DNA of 64,000 nucleotides from the human T2T-CHM13v2.0 reference genome, Homo sapiens. Each line of letters starts with the position of its first letter. Positions within the stretch are counted from its first letter, which is position 1. Shown here one piece after another: positions 19,937 through 39,282 of this stretch. The stretch is taken from the NCBI GenBank assembly GCA_009914755.4, contig CP086569.2, positions 21,728,001 to 21,792,000 of the forward strand, read 5' to 3'. Below the pieces are notes generated by a model. That model was not told the DNA's origin. It searched no databases and saw nothing but the letters and a program-made list of their open reading frames with translations. Position numbers and translations under genes: made by a program.

Positions 19937-20879
19937 GTGTTTGGCATTTTGAGTAAAGGGGAGGGTGGGTATACAGATCAGATGTGTTGTTTATTTATTC
20001 TCTTAACAGATAAAATTACAAGATTAATGAACTGTACTTCTTGACAAGGCTGAAGTATTTGTACAAATGCTCTGAAGGGTAGGATGGTGCAGTCAGTCTC
20101 TTTATTCAGAAATCAGTAGAACATGTCTACAAGCAGTGAAGAGAAATCATTTAAAAATATGTGAAAACAGAAGGTTTCTCAAAGCAAGTGGCACCATAAT
20201 CATAACAGAATATCCCCAGAATAAACTGAGCTGTCTGCCTTCAGCCTTGGGTAGTGCCTATTGTCTGCCCCAGTGATATGTTACAATGATTTGTGATCAC
20301 AGTGCCTCAAAATAGACTAATGTATATTGAGTAAAATTAAGCCCACAGTAAAGCTACCCAACCATCCCCACAGAGATAAACAATATGAATGGCTGAGGAG
20401 AAAAGGTACGCTTGCTGCACCCAGGGTAATGAGAGATGTAAAACAAACTGACAGAAATCAAAAGATGGATGATGTAATGAGAATAAACCCACATGCAGAG
20501 AATTATAAAACCAACAGAGACCAGGTCTTGTCCAAAATGCCTTTGGAGGCTTTGCTCATGATAACTTTGAGAACTTTTCCAGATCTGATGGCTGCTACTG
20601 GCATCTCTTCCTAGAAGAAGCACTGGTCACTTCATTGACTGCCTTCTGAAGGATGTCCAGAACCACTGGACTTCTCTGGAGGCACATTGGTGTCCTAGGT
20701 AATCACTGTGGTTTCTTACCTTACTACTGCCTTTGTATAGAATTAATTGCATAAATGATAGTGCCAAGGTTTTTTGATAAACGGTTAATGTCAGTGTACA
20801 TAATTGGCTGTTGGTTGCTCTAAAACCTCACAGCTTTAGTAAGAGTTAGCACAGCTTGGAAGATTTCACCTTATTCACA

Positions 20880-21192
20880 TTATTGGTGGGGATAATAGAC
20901 CACTCACAGGCTGCTATAAAGTAATACCCAAGAATGTGTAATTAATAAATAAAAGACTTTGACTCACTGCTCCACATGGCTGTGGAGGCTTCAGGAAACT
21001 TAAAATCATGTTGGAAGACACCTCCTCACAGGATGGCAGGAGAGAGAATGAGTACAAGCAGGGGAAATTCCAGAGGCTTATAAAACCCTCAGATCTCATG
21101 AGAACTCACTCACTATCATGAGAACAACATGAGGGAAACCAATCCCATGATACAATTGCTTTCCAATAGGTCCCTCCCATGACACATGGGGA
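20880..21192 (-). mobile_element. MaLR LTR (THE1/MST-like), minus strand, truncated where it meets the L1 at 21193
   Basis: Reverse complement of the THE1/MST LTR core: ...ccacatggctgtggaggcttcaggaaacttaaaatcatgttggaagacacctcctcacaggatggcaggagagagaatg...cttataaaaccctcagatctcatgagaactcactcactatcatgagaacaacatgagggaaaccaatcccatgatacaattgctttccaataggtccctcccatgacacatgggga. Confidence 0.6.
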
Positions 21193-22395
<1,203 letters not shown>

Positions 22396-22584
22396 ACAAA
22401 ATAAAAACATTAAAAAATAACAAAAATGTGATCTGTATTATAATATGGAAATGTATGTATAAATTATATAGAAGCATAAATTAAAATATATGAATGAATA
22501 GAGATTTGAATTATGATCTGATCTGTGGTCAGCTATTTTAAATATTTTCTATATCATCTAAATTGGAAAGTATTGCCTAGTTGA

Positions 22585-22697
22585 TTTTTTTTTTTTTTTT
22601 TTTTGAGGTGGAGTTTTGTGTTTGTCACCTAGGCTGGAGTACAATGGTACAATCTAGGCTCACTGCAACCTCTGCCTCCCAGGGTTCAAGCGAGTTT
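22585..22697 (-). mobile_element. Partial Alu (right arm only), minus strand
   Basis: T21 then gaggtggagttttgtgtttgtcacctaggctggagtacaatggtacaatctaggctcactgcaacctctgcctcccagggttcaagcgagttttc. Confidence 0.75.
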
Positions 22698-23024
22698 TCT
22701 TTAAGCATCATTTTCAATTGTTCATTGCTGGTATGCAAAAGTACAGTTGGTTTGTTTATACTGATGTTTTGTACTGCAACCTTGCTGAACCCATTTACTA
22801 GCTGTGATTTTTTTTGTATGGATTCCTTTAAATTTTCTACATACATAACATGTCATTTTAAATACAGGTAGTTTCACATCTTTTTTAATCTCTATACCTT
22901 TTATTTTTTTCTCTCTACCCCAAAACCTAATTGTGTTGGTTAAAACCTCTAGTATTGTATTGAAAAATAATTTATGTTTCACTTATTTTTGATATGAGAG
23001 AAAGTTTTCAGTCTTTTGTCAATA

Positions 23025-24639
<1,615 letters not shown>

Positions 24640-25300
24640 GAAATACATTGGTTTGGTCTAGAAAAGTGGGACAACCCAAAGCTCGGGGTGTGAGAGGGAC
24701 TTGCAGACTCTAGGTAAATTTAAACATTTTCTGGTTGATAATTCGATGAGTTTATCCAAAGACCTGGGATTGATAAGTAATATTCAGGTTAAGATAAAAT
24801 GTTGTGGAGACCAAGGTTCTTTTGAAGTCTTATAATGGCTACCCTTAGAGAGAATAGATGACAAATGTTTTCTATTCGGACCTTAGAAAAGTACTAGACA
24901 CTTAATTCATCTCTTCAGAATTGGGAGGGCCTGGAAGAAAAAGATATACCTATATTAATGTTCTTTACAGATGCAAATTTACCCCCACAAAGGACAGGGT
25001 TGCAAGGCCATTTTAAAATATGGGAAAGAAACATGTTTTGGGGTAAACCATTTTTACTTTCTTCTTTGTCACATAGTGTTATGCCGGAATCAGATCGGAA
25101 AGTAAGTCATGATATATAAGCTTAAATAAAAGCCATCTGATGAGAATTTGTGGTTTGTAGGGCATGAATCCCCAGACCTTTTAGATAGTAATTTGGGCAA
25201 GATTAAAAATTGGAGCTTAGTTCTCAGACCCACTCTTGGTGAAACGCATTATGTAGAATACATGTGCAGGCCAACACACAGCAGCAGGTCTCAGGCCATT
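24640..25300 (+). repeat. Unclassified interspersed repeat X, copy 1, 3' part
   Basis: aaatacattggtttggtctagaaaagtgggacaacc...ggttgataattcgatgagtttatccaaagacctgggattgataagtaatattcaggttaagataaaatgttgtggagaccaaggttcttttgaagtcttataatggc... is about 75-80% identical to 56175-56800 (gaaatacatcggtttggtccagcaaggtgggacaag...ggttgacaattgaatgagtttgtctaaagacctgggattgataaaaaggaaatattcaagctaagctaaaacattgtggagaccaatgttcttttgaagttttatagggg). Confidence 0.6.
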
Positions 25301-26267
25301 TAGGAAGGCTCATTCCTAGAGTTGTCTAATTTGGCTATCTGTCAAGTTCCCAGGGTGCTAGGAAGTCTTATTTCTAACGTTCTCTGCTTTGATGGTAATA
25401 GTTTTAAACATTAGTGATTTGGATCATGGTGGGAGGACATGGTTTGATCCAATGCAATAGCCAATTATTTAAGGAGTGAGATGAAATCAATCCTATAGTT
25501 TAGTAAAAAAAAAAAAAAAAATTCAGATCAGATCTATTTTGTGAGCTATCATGATCTGGGTCTTTAACTGTGCCTTTTTCTTTTGCTGTATCTGGCATCA
25601 CACTTACAGGATATGAATAATGCTAATATAGTAACAAATATTATAAAGATAGGGAAGATTAGGAATCCAAAAAGTTTATATGTAGAATCAGTGGCAGTAA
25701 ACAAGTGAACTAGTCAGACAAAAACCCTGTATGAATTATCATTATATGATATGCATATTCTTTGATCAGTCTCACAATATGTTTACCTGCTTTACCAAGC
25801 ATTATGTGACCTTATGATAACTCTTATTTGAGGGTTGTAGAACTAACATTAAATCAGAATCCAAGAAATTTAGTCTCTATTCTGACCAATTTATCTCCAC
25901 ACATGTATAAAATCCCAAGGAGGGTATAAATCTGAATGCAAGGAATGCAGAGTCCTCAGTGCCTAAATTGTTATAGGACTTGTTAAAAGTGGAGGAAACC
26001 ATTGTTCCCACCACTTTTATATTGCACCATGTACTGGTATTTGGGAGAGAAGAGGAGGCTCAGTTACAAGAGAAGTCATATAATTCTATAGTGCATTTTT
26101 TTTTCCCTCAGTGGGACTCCCTATGGCAGAGGACCTTAATAATCAAAACATTTATAGCCAATTAATTTTTTAAAAACATATAGGAATGGATATGGATGAG
26201 CATTCATTTCTTCTGAAATGAATTTTTATTTAAGGAAAAAATAGCCAACAACAAAACCAAAATGCAG

Positions 26268-26545
26268 GCTGAGTAGAGTGGCTCACACCTGTAATCCTAG
26301 CACTTTGGGATGCCAAGGCAGGTGATCAATTGAGGTCTAGAGTTTGAGAGCAGGCAGCCAACATGGTGAAACCTCACCTCTATTAAAAATAAATAAAACT
26401 AGATGGGTGAGGTGGTGAGTGACTGTAATCCAAGATAATCAGAAGGCTGAGGCAGAATAATCCTTTAAACCTGGGAGCCAGAAGTTGCAGTGAGCCGAGA
26501 TCACACCATTGCATTCCAGCTGGGGTGACAGAGCAAGACTGTCTG

Positions 26546-26577
<32 letters not shown>
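26268..26577 (+). mobile_element. Alu (older, AluJ/S-like), plus strand, A32 tail
   Basis: ggctgagtagagtggctcacacctgtaatcctagcactttgggatgccaaggcaggtgatcaattgaggtctagagtttgagagcagg...gcagtgagccgagatcacaccattgcattccagctggggtgacagagcaagactgtctgaaaaaaaa. Confidence 0.88.
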
Positions 26578-26578
<1 letters not shown>

Positions 26579-28312
26579 CAAAGTTGCAAGACTAAATCAT
26601 TTTCAACTTCTATGGGTTGGACTACTGTAAGCTTGGTTTCTGTTACAGACTTATAGCAATAAGCTATAAAAACTTAAGCATGTTCTGAAAAACAATTAAA
26701 AATAGTTGTATAGATAGATATATTTATCTTCACAACCTGTAATTGAACATATTATACCCAGGAGACTTTGTTACAAGGTATTTTTATCTTGTTAGTAAAT
26801 ACTTTTCTTTATTTCTGTAGTAAAGAGAAAATGTTTATGGTTGGAGTGGATGCAAAGTAATACATGAATTTAGAAGGAAACTAAACTTGTTTTGCCAGCT
26901 GTTTGGCCCTTTTTGTACCCCATTCTCAATTTGGAGAGTTTGACCTTGACCTAATTTGATTTCTCAAAACCAGCCCTTATAATCTCACCTGCCTACCTCC
27001 TCCATGATGGTCTCTGGGCCTAAAGGCAGGCAGCTTGTATAGTTCTGGCAGCAGAGGCATTAGCAGTGAAACACATGCAGGCCCAGTGGGATGTCAAATG
27101 AGGAATACTCATATCTTTGTTCTTTAGAACACCATGATTTTGATTTCCTTGGAAGTAAAACAAAAAGAGATAAATAACATTTATATTTGAACAATTACAA
27201 GGGTAATTCATATGTCAGAACAACAACAAAAAGGAACCTGTTCTATTAGTGAACCAACTAAAAATATGAGAAAAAAATGATAATGTGGTACATCCTAGAG
27301 GACTATTGTAGCCAATAAATAATAATTTAATCTGCACTCAAAAAAGTCAGGGCTGAAATCTAATATTAGGTATTATGCTTTTTCTTTGAAACAATTTCTT
27401 TAGCTGCTTTTTTTTTATTAAAGATAAAATTATAGCAAGGCCAATTTGTATGCAAGGTGAATTTCAGGCTTATTATGCTTGCCTGATTGTTTGCATAAAA
27501 TGCAGCAATAATTCATCGGCCATATAGACTTCTTTTTAAAGTTGGCTTCACTGGAACTTTACATAAAAATAGGCCATTTTAGTTTAAGTCTTGGTAAAAT
27601 AACAAGGGTCTCAATGTTTTTAACTGTTACTGAAATAATGCAGACAACTATACTTTCATAAAATTACAATCTGAATTTTGAGAACTCAAAAGGTAAATTT
27701 GCTTACAAAGACATAGTTTACCCAAATAACTTAAAAGAAAATGATTTTCTTCACCCTTCTTTAACCAGAGCAGCAGCTTTTAAAACAAGATGTTTGTTTA
27801 CCTTAGAAATGCCATATACAAACTGAACAGGTCATCAGAGATGTTAGGCACTGTAGAATTTTGTTGCTTCTCACAGTTAGTCTTAGGAAAGAGGCCTAGG
27901 TAGAAAGATTTTATATAAACCATTTTCATTTTATTGTAAACCTTTTGGGAAACTTTGTTTGCATTAGCATAGGGTTAGGTTCAGTTAATATTTTATAGCA
28001 AGGCTGTAAATGCCACATGAAGTAGAAATAATCTAGTTCAGTTTTTGTTATTGAAAGGTATTCATAGTTTTTGCCAGCAGCCCTGAAAAAAGCTTCAGAT
28101 AAAGGGCTATGCAATGGAGGATAATCCAACTAGCACTTCAGCTTTTATCCTCTATTTTGTGGGCTTAGGTAATTTACCAGTTCCCATTTAGCATGAGCAA
28201 TTAACATTTCATAAAAGAAATTCATATACCTTCAGTTTAATAGTACTAGACAGGCGAAACATCCCCCAGTTAGATATAGTACCCATTTTCATAAGACTTT
28301 TAGGTAAAGGAG

Positions 28313-28652
28313 TCATATAGTTTGGCTGTCTCCCCACTAAATCTCAACTTTAATTGAATGTCTCAGAATTCCCATGTGTTGTGGGAGAGACCAAAGGGGA
28401 GCTAACTGAATCAAGAGGACTTCTTTTTCCCATGATATTCTTGTAATAATAAGTATATCTCATGAGATCTGATGGGTTTATCAGGGGTTTCCACTTTCTT
28501 CTTCCTCATTTACTCACTGCCACCATGTAAGAAGTGCCTTTTGCCTCCTGCATTGATTCTGACACTTCCTCATCCACATGGAACTGTAAGTTAAATTAAA
28601 ACTCTTTTTCTTCCCAGTCCCAGGTATATCTTTATCAGCAACATGAAAACAG
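28313..28652 (+). mobile_element. MaLR LTR (MST/MLT1/THE1-like), plus strand
   Basis: atagtttggctgtctccccactaaatctcaactttaattgaatgtctcagaattcccatgtgttgtgggagagaccaaaggggagctaactgaatcaagagg...atctcatgagatctgatgggtttatcagggg...ccaccatgtaagaagtgccttttgcctcctgc...ccacatggaactgtaagttaaattaaaactctttttcttcccagtcccaggtatatctttatcagcaacatgaaaacagattaatgaa parallels the THE1/MST LTR consensus (TGATATGGTTTGGCTGTGTCCCCACCCAAATCTCATCTTGAATTG...CCATGTGGAACTGTGAGTCCATTAAACCTCTTT...CCCAGTCTC.GGTATGTCTTTATTAGCAGTGTGAGAA.GGACTAATACA). Confidence 0.65.
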
Positions 28653-29362
28653 ATTAATGAAAGTAGTTACAAACACCTTATATAAAACTTGTTTAAACAC
28701 CTTAAATTATGTAATTCTATTACAGTATACTTTTTTATGTTCTGGTTTCAGGAACCCTTTTTAGGAGACTGTTTTAACTTTTCTGGTGAAAGAGGTTTTG
28801 GTTCACAACAGGGAGTTGCGTCTGTAGGACCTGTGAGGGACAGCAAATTTGATAAAGCTTCTTAAACACTCCTGTGATTCTGAGGGAAAGATACCAATGT
28901 AAAAGTGGCCCCCTTAACCTGAAATTTACCATGACCTTCACAATAAGAATATCTGGTGAAAGGATATCCAAGTTATCATAAAGCTAGTCCAACGTGGCTT
29001 GCGTAAGAAGCATATTAACTGCTTTGTCTGGGGTGGTCCACTTTGTATTTTATACAGAGTTGTACAGTTCCCTTATGAGGTCAAACAAACCTTACAATGG
29101 CATTATGTGACCCACTAGGCTGATTGCTTTCTCAGGAATAAGCCCCTGTGAATTTTTAACACATATACTTACTGATTGTTCATTAATAAGCTGTGGTTCC
29201 TGCCTTAATCCAAACAAGCGCTTTAATTCTATAGCATTTTCAATTAAAAATTTTGTCTTTTAAGTGGTTATTTTTATCATCCCCTATAGTAAAAATTTTT
29301 TAAAGAAGCTGAATGATTCCAGTCTATAAAATGAAATAATTACTTTACATTACACCCCCTAG

Positions 29363-29689
29363 CTTTTTATTTTTATTTTTATTTTTTTATTTTTTATTTT
29401 TTTATTTTTTGAGATGGTGTCTAGTTCTGTAGCCAGGCTAGCGTGCAGTGGCATATCTCAGCTCACTGTAACCTCTGCTTCCCACGTTTAAGTGATTCTA
29501 CTGCCTCAGCCTCCCAAGTTGCTGGGATGACAGGCACACACTGCCATTCCCACCTAACTTTGGTATTTTTAGTAGAGAGGGAGTTTCACCATATTGGCCA
29601 ACATGTTCTTGATCTCCTGATCTTGTGATAGGCCCATCTTGGCCTCCCAAAGTTCTGGGATTACAGGCATGAGTCGCTATGCCTAGCCC
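29363..29689 (-). mobile_element. Alu (old, diverged), minus strand
   Basis: T-rich tail then gagatggtgtctagttctgtagccaggctagcgtgcagtggcatatctcagctcactgtaacctctgcttcccacgtttaagtgattctactgcctcagcctcccaagttgctgggatgacaggc...ggcctcccaaagttctgggattacaggcatgagtcgctatgcctagccc. Confidence 0.85.
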
Positions 29690-30532
29690 ACCCTGTGGCT
29701 TTTAATGGTTACTTAGTTTTACCCTTCCCCCTACTATTTTTTTGGTAAACACGGGGGCTCAGAGTTATTAAAAAATCCACTCATTTTTTCTGTATAATTT
29801 CCTTCATATAAAGCATCACAAATAGTTTCTTAACAAACACAATTCTGTGTTTTATAAAATTCTAGAAAAAAGCGTATTTTATGCTCCTACTATTTTAACT
29901 TTCTAGTAACCTTTCCAGTCATGGGGGATCTCAAGGGTTTAACATGACTTTAAGAATTTAAACTACTAGAAAATTTTGAGATGAAATTTACAAAGATTAA
30001 CAAGACCATGTTAATTAATAGCTTCTACCAATCTGATAGGCATTTACTTTTGTTTAAAGATGCTTGATTAAAGCTCTTTCACATAGTTTGGTAGTGAAGT
30101 ATCACTTCCACATGACACATAAAGATAGAGATATAACAGGGATGTAGAATTAAAAGACAGGTCAAAAAGCTATTTTATTTGCCTGCTTTCAAAAAAAATC
30201 TTTCACTTTAGATAATTAATAATAGCTACATGAGCCCACAATAGGTGAAGGAGAGAGCAATTATTCAAGTCCTTTTCAAAACAGAAAAAGGTGAACTTCT
30301 GAGATATCAATCTGAAGAATATTAAAGATACAGACTATAGAGTATTAAAATATAAAAATCTTGCATTAAGTCAAATATTTTAATAAAATCTGGTTTTAAC
30401 TAATTTTTTCATTTCGTATTAGTGTACTTTTATTTTTTAGTATTAAAGGCCCATCTCTAGAAATAACTATTTCACTTTCTTCTTAATCATGGCCAACTAA
30501 ATTATACAACACCCTTAAAAACACCTTTTACT

Positions 30533-30844
<312 letters not shown>

Positions 30845-31266
30845 TGTTTTTACTAACCTTATTGCAACTTACATAGACCATTCACAATGTGCTTAGAACT
30901 GATGTTCTCTTAAATAACCCTCTTTCCTGGGCAACCAATTCATTTTATTTTAAAACAAAAATTCACTACACAAGATTTTTTTAATATAACACAACTTTTA
31001 TTTTTACCTTCTTCAACAAAACTCCTCCATATATTTATAACTCATCCACATATTTATATCTCTTATTTTCTGATTAATTACATGTCCTATATATAATTTA
31101 AATATACCTTGAGTTAGACAGAGATATTTTACCTTTAATAAGAACACTTTAAAAAAGTGTTTTTCTATAATTTTATACTGGAAATTATCCAGATACATAA
31201 TATCAAATAATAGCCTTTGATCCTAAATTATGACAAGTTTGTTTATAGCATTTAGTTTTTTACATT

Positions 31267-32165
31267 TGTTATAGGAGTTACTAAGCAATTATTTTAGGCT
31301 GGGTATGATGGTTCAGGTCTGTAATCCCAGCATTCTGAGACGCTTTGGTGGGTGGATCACCTGATGAAAGGAGTGTGAGATCAGCCTGGCCAACATGGTG
31401 AAACCCCATCTCTACTAAAAATACAAAAAATTAGCCATGCATGGTTGTGGGTGCCTGTAATCCCAGCTACCTGGGAGCCTGAGGCAGGAGAATTACTTGA
31501 GCCCATGAGGCAGAGGTTGCAGTGAACCATAACCTTGCCATGCGTTCCTGACTGGACAAGAGTGAGACTGCATCTCAAAAAATAATAATAATAAAATAAA
31601 AAAAAAAGAGGAATAAGAAGAAATTATTTTAGGCAGATAGAGAGGAAAAGGAGTCCTTGGGTACTTTTTGTTCCTTTTAAAGCAGCTCCAGAAGTGTTTC
31701 TTGTCTAGCTGCAAAGCCCAGGCTCTTAGAGCCAGGCAAGTAAGTTTTGATAAGCAGATGCTGGCCATTAGAAACTGGGTCCATCCAAACATGCTGACTC
31801 CTGCTGTCTTCTCTTTGGCCTTGCCCCAACATATGCCTGGCAACATAGTGGCCACCATACATACCCACGTCAGTAGAACACCTTGGTGCCCTGCATTTCC
31901 ATACTAAAAGGTTAGAGAGTGAGGGACTGTTTTTTTGCAGGCTACGTGAAAGACATGCCTGGTCAAAACAATCCCCGGAGCCCTATGGAAATCAGACACC
32001 ACCTCTTCCAGCCATCTCATATAAGCAGCCACATTTCTGCCACACATAGGGGTTTTCTCTCTGTTTGAATTCCCCCTCCTTATGCCTCTATACTGGGCCG
32101 TTGTTTTCTTCTTCCTTCTTTCTTTCTTGCCTACTAAACATTTTGCTCCTTGAAACCACTACATG
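31267..32165 (+). mobile_element. Unclassified LTR-like repeat Y, copy 1 (~590 bp, starts TGTTATAG...; split by Alu at 31298-31609); paralogue at 43111-43665
   Basis: tgttataggagttactaagcaattattttagg[Alu]cagatagagaggaaaaggagtccttgggtactttttgttccttttaaagcagctccagaagtgtttcttgtctag...aaatcagacaccacctcttccagccatctcatataagcagccacatttctgccacacatagg...cttccttctttctttcttgcctactaaacattttgctccttgaaaccact is about 80% identical, colinear, to 43111-43665. It contains a TATA-like (ctcatataagcagcc) and a poly-A-signal-like (ctactaaaca) motif, typical of retroviral LTRs. Confidence 0.55.
31298..31609 (+). mobile_element. Alu, plus strand, inserted into LTR-like repeat Y copy 1; TSD aattattttag(g)
   Basis: ggctgggtatgatggttcaggtctgtaatcccagcattctgagacgctttggtgggtggatcacctgatgaaaggagtgtgagatcagcctggccaacatggtgaaaccccatctctactaaaaatacaaaaaattagcc...A-rich tail. 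Flanks caattattttag|Alu|aaattattttaggcag. Confidence 0.9.
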
Positions 32166-32708
32166 TATGTCCTTGTCATTTTATCCAAACTGGAATGAGA
32201 TAAAGGGACCTTGTGTTCCTCCAGTGATTGGAGCTATATCATTTGGTTGCATGTTCTGGGAATCTGAAGTACAGCCTTCAACAGAGCAAAACATATGGGA
32301 GTGAGGATAAAATATGTCCTATCATTCAGTAGTGCCTTTAGCGTCTATATTAAAATAAATCAAATCAATAAGCATCCATCAGCCTGGTACATACACTTAG
32401 TATTGGCTGCTATGCTAAAGACTCAGATGTGAGGTTTGCTGAGGAGAAGGTGGAGAAACCTCCATTACCAATGGGTATTGGGAATGTTGACCATGTTTGA
32501 GCTAGCTTCTTTTCATGGGGAGATCTTGCCATTGCAGGAGGCTGGGAAACGTTTTGAGGCAACTGAGAATTTCTGGCCAGGGAGCATTCTGGCATAATTC
32601 GAGGCCTCTGGACTGGACAAACCCTTCAACAGCCCATTACTGGTGTTGGCAGAAAATCCTCAACCATTCTATTGCAAATATCTCCTTCCTTAGGAGAGGG
32701 AGACACAC

Positions 32709-34990
<2,282 letters not shown>

Positions 34991-35241
34991 TGTGTGTCTG
35001 TATATATATATTATATATAATATATATAAAATTATACATATTATATAATATAAATTATATATATATTATATTATATTATAACATAATGTGTATTATATAT
35101 AATATAATTATATATAAATATATAATATATAATATAATATATAAATAATATACATTATAAAATATATATTTTATTTTATTTTTATATTGTGTAAATATAT
35201 ATTATATAAATACATATTATATTATATTTTATATATATATA
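34991..35241. repeat. TA-rich low-complexity / (TA)n-(TATAA)n-like simple repeat (~250 bp) directly 3' of an L1
   Basis: tgtgtgtctgtatatatatattatatataatatatataaaattatacatattatataatataaattatatatatattatattatattataacataatgtgtattatatataatataattatatataaatatataatatataatataatatataaataatatacattataaaatatatatttt... Confidence 0.9.
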
Positions 35242-35455
35242 ACAGCCTCTTACTCTTTCTGTGTGTGAAATGTGCAAGTAGCTTTACAGTCTAGGGACAG
35301 TTTTCATCCCTTTGCAGCGAAGATCCTCACTACCACTTCTCTGGTGACCACATATTTTTAATCCAACACTGCCACTTATTGGAAATGGAATTCCCTTACA
35401 TGAGGCACACTTTTCAAAGTGACATAGCAGCTTCCTTTTACACTGTGAGGAATCA

Positions 35456-38072
<2,617 letters not shown>

Positions 38073-38278
38073 AAATCAGGCTCTAGGCCACTTTTCAGAA
38101 CAGGAAATTTCTACTTTTAACAGTTAAATGTAAAATGTCTTCCGTGACCAGATTTTCTTCCTGATATATCCCATCAGTAGGAAAATGGACATTTGGCTTC
38201 TAAATGCTTTTGAGACACCTATTCTAAGCAGTATTTAAGTAGTACAGGAATTTTTATTTTGTAAGTTAATCAGAACTA

Positions 38279-38579
38279 TTTTTTTTGTTTTGTTTTTGAG
38301 ATGGAGTCTCACTCTTGTCACCCAGACTGGAGTGCAGTGGTGCGATGTTGGCTTACTGTAACTTCTGTCTCCTGGGTTCAAGTGATTCTCTTGCCTCAGC
38401 CTCCTGAGTAGCTAGGGTTACAGGGGCCAACCACCATGCCTGGTTAGTTTTTGTACTTTAGGTAGAGATGGGTTTCATCATGTTGGCCAGGCTGGTCTTG
38501 AACTCCTGACTTCAGTTGATCCAGCTACTTTGCCCTCCCAAAGTGCTGGAACTACAAGTGTGAGCCACTGGACCTGGCC
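38279..38579 (-). mobile_element. Alu (diverged), minus strand; TSD about aactac/tttttttt
   Basis: ttttttgttttgtttttgagatggagtctcactcttgtcacccagactggagtgcagtggtgcgatgttggcttactgtaacttctgtctcctgggttcaagtgattctcttgcctcagcctcctgagtagctagggttacaggg...cccaaagtgctggaactacaagtgtgagccactggacctggcc. Confidence 0.88.
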
Positions 38580-39224
38580 AATAACTACTTTTTTTAAGTG
38601 CAGTTCTAACCTGCCCAACAAAACAGGCAATAATAAACTACAGGTCTCCATCTTGTTTCACGTACTTCGGAAAGTGAACTGTAACCATGTGGCAACACCA
38701 TAGTCTCTGCCATTTTATAATGGTGGCTGTCTTCTTGTGCTAAGTCAGTTCCTTGGGGAGGGCCACAAAATCAGATAAGCCAGTTCATTAGTCTGGTGGT
38801 GTTACCTGATCCTTCACGGGCGGGGGTTTACAAGCTATCTTAAGTAATAATCTTGAGAGCAGTTTAGGGAGGGTTAAAATCTTGTAGCCTCCACCTGCAT
38901 GACTCATAAGGCATGGTTTCTAATCTTAAGGCTAGTTTCTTGGTCTGGTCCCCAGGCAAAATAAAAGTGTATCTTAAAAAGAGGCTGTTATCGTCTTTGT
39001 TGTAGTCTATAAATTGTAAACCAGGCTCCTTCCAAAGTTGCTGTAGCCTATGCTCAGAGGTGGAGAAGAATGGCTTGAGGGCTGCAAACAAGAGGGAATT
39101 GTTTGGGTTGGATGTGTTTCACTGTCTCAGTCACAATTTTTCAATGACAGTTTCAAAAGCTGCCTATAGCTTCTTTAAAAATACCTGTACCCCTTGTGAC
39201 TTTTGTGGTTAAGTCACAACCTAA

Positions 39225-39282
39225 TTAAGGCTTGTCAGTTTCATTAAGGCTTGTCAGTTTCATTAAGGCTTGTGAGGTTACT
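39225..39282. repeat. 19-bp tandem repeat, ~3 copies (ttaaggcttgtcagtttca)
   Basis: ttaaggcttgtcagtttcattaaggcttgtcagtttcattaaggcttgtgaggtta. Confidence 0.9.
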